A stretch of DNA of 60,262 nt, filler included, from Bipalium vagum (Eukaryota): assembly GCA_037834085.1 (NCBI GenBank). It is 3 parts of 3 records of this genome, joined end to end, with 100 filler letters (N's around TTAATTAATTAA, not from the genome) between each part and the next. Parts side by side here need not be neighbours in the genome. Positions count along the whole stretch, not along the records: positions 44,541 to 60,262 come from JBBMKC010149933.1; 2 more parts are not named here. One strand, given 5' to 3'. Both the position numbers and the translations under genes were made by a program. The notes under the pieces were generated by a model that saw only the letters and a list, made by a program, of their open reading frames with translations, had not been told where the DNA came from and searched no databases. Below are positions 51,440 through 60,262 of this stretch, piece after piece (the stretch's first letter is position 1; each line of letters opens with the position of its first letter).

Positions 51440-53070
51440 TTTCAACTATAATTATTATTTTTAATTAAAACAAAACCATTTTTTCTTTCTCGTTTAAAGA
51501 ATAAATCATTTATTATTATATTATTTAATGTTAAATATAAAAAAATGAATTTTTAAAGCTCAATTAATTAACAATTATTTTTATAGTATAAATAATTAAC
51601 AAAAAAATATAATTTTACTAAAATTAATTTCTTTATTAATATTTTTACATTTTTATTAAAATATTATTAAAACACAGAACATATTTTAAATAAAAATGAT
51701 ATTTTTATTTTTTATTATCAATAAAGAAATTTTAATTTTAAACAATTGTTTTTTATTTCAAATATATGTCATTTATTATTTAAAATATGAAATAAATTAT
51801 TTCTAATCCTAATTATTTAATTATTAATTTTCTATTAATTTCTTATAAATTAGTATTGTACAAAAATATTTTTCAATTAAAAAAATTTTTTTCTTTTTTT
51901 TCCTTTTTTAAAATTTTTTAAAATGTTTTTTTATTAAACATGAAAAATTATTTTAAATTATCAATTAATTTAATTTTAATTACAAAACCATTTTAATCTT
52001 TCATTTAAACAATTATTTAGAATTATTTATCATATATGAAATAAATGAATTTTAAATCCTAATTAATTGATAAATAGTTTCATAATTAAAAAAAACAAAA
52101 ATTATTTTTAACATTAATTTTTCAATAATATTTTTCTAATATTATTTTTTAATGTTTATTTTAAATAATTGATAAACATAAAATATAATTTTAAAAATTT
52201 TAATTATCCTTAAAAAATAAATTAATGTCATTTATTAAATATTAAATAAAAAAATTTAGGCTTATTTAATTAATATTTTTTAAAAAACTTCTTGGAAATA
52301 ATTTAAAATAAAATAATAAAGAATAATTTATTTTGTATTAATTTTTATTATCATTAATCTTTTTTTTCATTTAACAAAGCCGTTTCTTTTTCTCTTTTAA
52401 GCAATTAAATAATATATTATTTAATAAATGCTAAATATGAAATAAATGAATTTTTAATCTTAATTAATTGATAAATAAATTTTAAATTTTATAAAAAATA
52501 AAAGTTATTTTTAAAAAAAATTTATAAAAGTATTTTTTAAATGCTTTTATTTTGAATTTTTAGTAAATATTAAAAATAATTTTAAAAAAAATAATAGAAT
52601 ATAATTTATTTTTATATATTTTTATTATGAATAACGAAATTTTAAAATTAATAAAAATTACTTTCTTTCCCATAAAAAATATTTATTATTATTGTTAGTT
52701 AAAATTAATCGGAGATACCGGGATTCGAACCTGGGACCTTCACATGCGCATGCACCGCTCTGATCGCTGAACTACATCCCCGAAAATAATTTTTAATTTA
52801 TCTCACAATTATTATTTAAATATTAAACAAAAAAAAATATATTTTAGGCCTATTTTTTTCAAATATTTCAGAAATAATTTTAAATTAAATAATAAAGTAT
52901 AATTTATTTTTTTTAATTTTTATTATCAATAATCTTTATTTCAATTTAAAAAGCCATCTTTTTCATCTCTCATTTAAACAATTAATTACTATATTATTTG
53001 TAAAATATTAAATATGAAATAAATGAATTTTTCAAGCCTAATTAATTAATAATTAATTTTCTAGTACAAA
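51440..53070. repeat. Degenerate AT-rich tandem array (units ~250-600 bp)
   Basis: The block aaa(a/g)cc(a/g)ttt..tttaaacaatta..aaatatgaaataaatgaattttt..taattaatt recurs at ~51470, ~51985, ~52375 and ~52950, with a partial copy at ~51780. Confidence 0.75.
52710..52781 (-). pseudogene. tRNA-Ala(CGC)-derived element, copy 2 (intact acceptor stem with G3:U70, perfect B box)
   Basis: GGGGATGTAGTTCAGCGATCAGAGCGGTGCATGCGCATGTGAAGGTCCCAGGTTCGAATCCCGGTATCTCCG. The anticodon arm does not fold canonically. TTTT lies ~6 nt downstream. Confidence 0.75.
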
Positions 53071-54985
53071 TAATTAACAGTAATCACCGTAAAACAGTTT
53101 TTGGTTGAAATCAAAAATAATCGTGTCGCTGATAAATAAAAAATAATCAACCATGGAATTAATTAAAGGAATTGTTAACTGAAAAAATAATTAATTTACT
53201 TAATTAAAGTATGAGAAACATTAAAACAAATCATTAATCAAATTATTAATTAATTCAAGCATTTATTTTATGTCTTTTATCATCACTCAAAAGACGAACT
53301 AACAATCAGACTTTATCATAAAATAATAATAATACTTTTTTTATAAGAACATTAAAAAATATTTTTTCATAATTTTAAAAGATGGATTTTTTTAAAACAT
53401 TTTTGATTTTACTTAAACTTTTTATAAATAATTCCCTAGGTCAAAAAATAAATAATTAATACTCTTTGAGAACTAAAGCAATTCATATAAGGATTTTAAA
53501 TTTGTTTCTTATTTATATATTTTTTATATAAAATTTTTTTCTACAATTTGTATAATTAATATTTTTATAAATTGATTACTCTATTTAATATGATTCGTAT
53601 TATTATTTTATTTATTATTATGTACTATTTATTTTTGTGTGGTCACCACGTTAGTTACTACTACGTTATCGACACTTTCTGAATTCAAAATTAAGTATAA
53701 TGTGTTTTCGATGAAAATAATTGAATAGTTGAATAAGTGTTTTATTTAGATTATTTATTTAAATATAATATAAATACAATTATTAAATATTTTAAAAAAA
53801 CATAAATTATTTTTAAATTATGAGAAGCATTTATATTACATTAAGGATTAAATTTTAATTAATTTCTTAAAATTTATTTTAAAAATATTTATAATTTTTT
53901 TTATTATTTAATATTAACTAAAGTTGAATCCTTAAAATTGTTATTAAATTATTTTTTATATTAATTTTTATAATATTATATATATAATATATATATTTAA
54001 TATAATATTATATTATACTTTTATAATAATACTTTTTAAATGATAATATTATAACCATTATTAATTTTGTATTGGTAATATTAATTATTTTTTCTTTTAT
54101 TTAATAAATAATAATGTTTATTTTAAATTATTATATATTTTATTCTAAATACTATTAATATTTTTATTATAATCTTTATAAAATTTATTTTAAAATAATA
54201 TTTTATCAAAGTATTTACTATTATGATTATTATTATTGCGATAGTTATAATAATGTATATAAAAATAATAAAAATAATATTATTATTACTATTATTATTT
54301 TATTTTTAAATAGTATTTATTTTAATAATAATTATTATTATTTTAAAATATTTTATCATCTATTATAATTATTTATTTTTCCAATTTTTAAAATTTCAAT
54401 TTTTTTAATATTATATTTTTCTGTTTTTTAAAATAAATAATGTTCCCTTCGTCATTAGAATATGGTTTTCCCCAATCCTTTGCAGAGAAAAGTGGCAAAA
54501 ATTGATCGAGTTTTACCTTAGAATATTTGCCTGAAATGAATTTCGTTCAAGTTTCAGAATAATCAATAAAAAAATAATTTATAAACCATGTCTCCTAAGG
54601 AAATTGTTGTCTCTTACTAAAATTGAAATGGATAGTGGGGACCCGAATGCCATTTATAACGATAAAGGATGATAGCAGGAAAGGGGGAAATATTTTACAA
54701 AATGAAAACCAATTTCAAGTATTAATAATATAATAATGTAGGATTAAATGGAAAATCTAATTTTTTGTTTTTGTTTAAATTGATGCAAAAATGTCAAATT
54801 ATTTTTTCTTTTATTATTTTATTGCTGAAGGTAAAGGGATTTCTTTTACCTTTTTTATAATATTTATTGTTTTACTGAACCACTTTAATCAAAATATCAA
54901 AGCCATTTTTAAAATATTTTAATGAATTTAATTCATTAATTATTTTTGGTTTTTGTTTAAATAACTTTACAGAAAAATCAAATAC

Positions 54986-55063
54986 CGACTTGTACGAATC
55001 AAAAATAGTTGCAGCGAGCAAAAAGATAACAATGGTCCAATGATCAGATTTTGTCATTAACAT
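54986..55063 (-). CDS. Candidate signal-peptide first exon (MLMTKSDHWTIVIFLLAATIFDSYKS), possibly of the Ig receptor
   Basis: ATG, hydrophobic core and GTATTT donor, on the same strand as the Ig gene. The link crosses gaps and the splice phase could not be reconciled. Confidence 0.35.
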
Positions 55064-55401
55064 CACACTATAAGCCGATTGACGTCGAATTAAATGACGT
55101 CATTAAATGATTAAACCGTAATGATTCACCGTCATTAAAAAACCGTGAAAAAGAATGCCTATTCAGATTGGAAAATCGAAAAGATGATAGAAGTCAAAGT
55201 GGATATGTTTATGAATAAAAATAATCAAATAGAAAGAGAGAAAAACGTATTAAGGTTCTCTATTCAAATGGATTCAAATGTTTTTAAAGAAAAATTTTGT
55301 AGACCATAAACGCAGTAGGTTTAGAGGCAACCTCTGTAACCGTGAATACGAAAATAATTATAAAAAGAAAATTATAATTCCAAAAGCAATGGAACCTATT
55401 A

Positions 55402-56401
55402 TACGGTCATTCAGAAAGGACTGACATTTTAATTTATCAATAAAACATATTTTTACAACATTTTGAAACAGATTAAACTTTATTCAAAAATACGAGAAAT
55501 GAGATTATTTGTGAAACAAGACATCTGAAAAATAAGTGCTTGTCCGTAGAAGCTCAGGTTTCCTTGGCAGAGTGACATATTGCACAGTGTTATTGATACC
55601 AGATGCAATTCTACATCGATAACATGGATTTCATGTCATAGAAAGTTCGAAATCATCTGAAGATACCGAATGCCATTGACGGTCACTGCTTGTCCACTTT
55701 CATTTTCAAAAAAGTAAGGTCCAATTAGTCCTCCAGCAAAAAATCCACACCAAACCTTTACCCACTCAAGATACATTAGAAGTCCGTAGATCGCTTTAGG
55801 ATTTTTCGAACCCCCAAATTCGACAATTTTGTCTATTAACTTGGCCGCTGAGATAAAAATGCGCCCCATCGCTAAAGATGATTTTTTTCGAAAATCCTTA
55901 AGCATGTTGTTTATGTTTAAAACCCAACTTGCAAACTCTCGACGGCTTGTGTCAATTGAATCTTCTTAACATGCAAATGCAGGTTTTCCTTTAAAATTCG
56001 TTGAAGAGAACTTTTGAAAATTCCAATTTTTTGATTGCGATTACCAATTGAACACTTTGACTTACAGAGGCTATAATTTAGTCGTACGAGAAGTACTGAT
56101 ATCGCCACAGGATTTTTCGTTACGAACGGAACCACTTAATTCAAAATTATTTATTAAATTAACGCGGGGTTTCGAAAAGGTGCATCATGATGACCAAAAG
56201 CAGTCCTGTATTTCGAATTGTTTCGACAAAGCTTGGCCCATTCCGATAATGAATTTTGACAATTTGTCTGCGTTGCTGGATTATATAATTTTGCATTTTG
56301 AAATATTAATATTTTTAGATATTATTAAAACAAATACGATGGTATTTTTGCAATAAAAATTAGACCCAATTTATAATGTCAGTCCTTTATGAATGACCCT
56401 G
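55402..56401 (-). mobile_element. Tc1/mariner-superfamily element with TIRs, deleted transposase
   Basis: TIRs GGTCATTCAGAAAGGACTGACATT and AATGTCAGTCCTTTATGAATGACCCTG|TA. Protein remnants SSLQRILKENLHLH..KIQLTQ and VKVWCGFFAGGLIGPYFFENESGQAVTVNGIRY. Confidence 0.85.
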
Positions 56402-56804
56402 TATTATTTATGATTTTTAATGTAGTCAGTTACAGATAGAGGGGACATGATATGTCAAATCTTGAATTATTGAGCATTCCCAAAAAAGTAGAACAAGTGT
56501 TGGATCACATGATGGTTACAATAAAAGACGGGAAAAATTAGGCAAATGAAAATAAGTTTTGTGTTGTAATGAGCAACTTTGATAATGACGAAAAAAGAAA
56601 AATTGTTAATCATTAATAATCAAAAATTAAAATTAGAAATTAATGCAAAAAATCGATAAAGCAGAAATCAATGAATGATCAATGTTTTTGAAATTAACAT
56701 TGATTTTTGAATTAAAATATGTTATCTAAATAAGAAATATTTAATATACGTACATGTTAATATGATAAGTGCACATGATTGATACAAAAATTATAATCAA
56801 AATA

Positions 56805-57410
56805 AAAATATTAATTTTTTTAAAAATATAATTTTTATTATTTAAAAAATATATAATTTTTTTTATTTAAAAAAAATATAATTTTATGATTTTAAAAAAT
56901 ATAATTTTATTATTATAAAAATATATAGTTTTATTATTTTAAAAAAAAATAATTTTAATATTTTAAAAACAATTTTTATTTTTTTTAAAAATAAAATTAA
57001 TATTATTAAAATAAATATTCACCAAAATCTATTTTTAATAATTTTCCTCGTACAACTTTCAAATAAAAAATATCATTAATTAATTAAATTAACTGTTGCA
57101 AATTACAGAAATATCTGTAATTTCAATTATTGTTTCTATTGTTTGTTTAAATGTATGATTAAAAGTAATTTGACAAGTTAACTGACAGCAGCAATTAGGA
57201 TTTTTGATGAATAAAATGAAACAAAATTTATTGAAGATTAGAAGGCAACATTTCTTAAATTTATTTTTATATTCCATAATCGAAATGGAAATATTTTACA
57301 TGCTTTTTATATTGATTTTTTTATATATAATTTTTCAAAAATAATAATTAATATTTTTATATATAATTTTTCAAAAATAATAATTAATATTTTTATATAT
57401 AATTTTTTTT
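56805..57410. repeat. AT-rich minisatellites (~25-bp unit at 56805-56990; 37-bp unit at 57317-57405)
   Basis: Repeats aaaaatatataattttt(t)attattt and tttttatatataatttttcaaaaataataattaatat. Confidence 0.75.
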
Positions 57411-57656
57411 ATTTATAAATAATTTATGTGGAATTATATTTAGACAAAACGGTGAAAGAAATACTTTTAAAGGAATATTTCTAAAATGGAATAATAAATT
57501 AAATATACGTTAACATTATATTTAGCCTTTTTCGGAAAAACTAATTATTTAATATAATTATTAAAATTGTTGAATATATTAAATAAATTGAAAAAATAAT
57601 TTTATATTTTAATACTGGAATTTGGAGAACTAAGCTTAATATTTGGGATCCAATTT

Positions 57657-58750
57657 AATTGAGTGCTTTATACGGCAAAGCTTAACTTAAATCTAATTAA
57701 AATTCTTTGTTGAAATGTGTGTATTACATTTGTTTGAATGATGTCATTTATGTATCACATTTAAATTAGATAATAATTTGATATTTCTTATTGAAACCCT
57801 AACGACAGTATATATTCATATCAGGCACTGCTTGTTGTATGAGTATGAATAAGGCACCAAAACTACAGAAACTTAACGAAAGATCTCCCGAGGACAGATC
57901 ATCCATCCGTTATCGACTTTGACAAACTAGAGCGATTGATTGATGAGAACCCAAAACAAATAACGATGAATTGACCAAAATTTTCGATTGTCATGCGGAG
58001 ACAATGAGAATTCACTTACATAAAATGGGTAATCATATTGAGTCGGAAGATGAGAACCATATGCTTTATCGGACAAACAAAAATTTATGTTGATTACAAT
58101 GTTTATAGCAAACCTCGAAAGACAGGTAAGGAAGCGAGACATCGTGTGAAAGAGGGTTAAATAAAAATAATTCTTATCATCACAAGCAATGCTTACTGGT
58201 TGGACAATATTAATTTGCGACCTCAAAACCAGACCTATTCCAAAAAGTGTATTATTGCCTGATTCGTGGGATTGTTTAGAAATCGATTTTTAAGACCTCC
58301 TGAAAAATTGCAAAACTAATGCTTCTGAAAGTTAATACCAATAATTACAGGTTATATTGCGCTGTGCAAAAAATATGATTCAGTTTTTTTAGCAAAAAAA
58401 GTTTATTCTTCAGCATGATAATGCTAAGCCTCATGCATCAAATTGACACAAGAGAATAAGAGGACATGTTATTGCCACATCCACGATATAGCTTAGACAT
58501 TATCTTTTCCTTTCAACGGCTCACTTTCCTAAGGGAGAAAATAATGAAAACCTGGACAACAAAGGAAAATACCCTAACAAGTTTTTTGATGAAAACACTA
58601 CATAATTTTATTCCGATAGTATTCATTCTTTGGTAGATAGTGGCAGAGAGTAGTTGGCATTGGTGAAGAATATCTAATCAATTAAGTATTGTATGTTAAT
58701 ATTAAGGTAATAAAAATTATTTTGAAGTTTTGTTGATTAGGCACTCATAA
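57657..58750 (+). mobile_element. Degraded mariner element
   Basis: PEDRSSIR, R*EPYALS (WVPH.L-like), LQHDNAKPHA and LPHPRYSLD. Weak TIRs TTGAGTGCTT and GGCACTCATAA. Confidence 0.7.
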
Positions 58751-60262
58751 TAAAATTATATTCCTGATATATGATTATTTAGAAATTTGAAAACAATTTC
58801 TAATTTTAGAATAGCCAATCAAAATCATCAAGATTGACTAATCAAATTAAAATCAAAAAAATTATTAATAAAGTATACTTTATAGTTTTATAAAACAATT
58901 TTTCGCAATATATTTTTTCATTTGAATTTTGTTTCAACTATTTTTGGAATTGAATTATTTCAATACTCGTCTTAGAAGTTTAGAAATCGTTGTCATAAAA
59001 AATCTGAAAAATTAATGTATGTTTTGTGAATTATGAAAGAAATAAAAAAAATTTATTACCTTTAAATTTTTACAAAATTGTTTTTCCATTTAATTTAATA
59101 ATTTAATATTAATAAACATTTTAATTCTATTTCTACTTATTTTATTCATTTAAAATAGAAATGTATTTTGACAGAACTAAATCGATTTATTAATGAAAAA
59201 ATATATTAGAATTAAAACAAAAGTGCATTTTTAATTGATAAAAGTGAGTGAAATTGAATCCATATATTCACATTATTGTTTTATGCATCAAGAAAAAAAA
59301 GAAAAAAAATATTAATTTTAATTGAAATAATTATTATTATTATTACTATTATTTTAATTTTGAAAAAATGAAAAAAATAGAAATAATTTTCAAAAAATGA
59401 GTTAGTCTACATTCCCAAGTAATCAATATTAAGGGTTATTTGTTTTTGATCTTTCTAATATGTCGGCCTTCAAAGCAATATTCTTTAGAATAAGAACAAT
59501 TAGATTAATTGATTATTAAAATTAATTAAAAATTAATGAAGTAATAGGGGCTATTTATTTAATGTAACCTTAACTATTATTGTTTGAATTTATCATTTTA
59601 AAAACACGAAGTCAAAGTTGCAATTCTTTTATTTATATTATATTTTATTATTTTTCAAATATTTAATATAATTAATATTAATTATAAATTTTTATTTTAT
59701 TAATATTTTACTTTAAAAAACCATTTTTTATTAAAATTATTTTTTTATTGTTAATTAAAAAATTTAATATTTAAAAATTATTAAATTAAAAAAAAAAATT
59801 ATTTTATTTAATTATAAAATTAATAATAAATTATATTTTAATTATTATAATAGTTTACTGTTCACTAAAGGTAAGATTTCTCCATTAAATATAATTATGT
59901 AAAATATATTTATCTAGAATTTTATAATGAAAAGATAATTAAAAATTAAAATATAATTATATGAAAAATGAAAAAGAAATAAATGAAAACTTTAATTGTA
60001 TGTATATTTAATTTAATTTTAAATAAATTAAAAGTAAAATAAATGAAGAAAAATTGGTAACTTATTTAATATAACCTTCATTATGATGGCTTCAATTTTT
60101 TACATAATTTTTATTATGTTCAATATTTAAAATTATTTAATATTAATTATATTTCTTTTTCAATAAATATGATATTTAAAAAAATTACTTTTAAAATTGT
60201 TAAATATCTTAAATAAATTGAAATATTATTATATATTTTAATCCTGGAATTTGGAGAATTAG

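Noticed and set aside
51361-52781. Functional tRNA-Ala genes
   Set aside because: The anticodon arms mispair, the T stems and D-loop GG are damaged and the discriminator is G, so they are treated as derived elements.

Overview
This is very AT-rich, intron-containing animal genomic DNA. The short introns, AAT microsatellites and TE content resemble a planarian or other flatworm, but that is inference only. The window holds two tandem minus-strand Theta-class glutathione S-transferase genes of four exons each. It also holds a large minus-strand nephrin/sidestep-like Ig-superfamily receptor gene (at least 5 Ig domains, FN3, TM, and a cytoplasmic tail probably ending in a PDZ-binding TIV). The rest is dense decayed transposons: a gypsy element with very short LTRs, Polinton/Maverick DNA polymerase fragments, a Penelope RT, and many Tc1/mariner, pogo and possible piggyBac relics. 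The most unusual structure is a pair of tRNA-Ala-derived modules whose acceptor stems are extended by flanking inverted repeats, inserted in opposite orientations into a degenerate AT-rich tandem array (51.3-53.1 kb). Two gaps contain an artificial TTAATTAATTAA linker. All coordinates were read by hand and no database searches were run.
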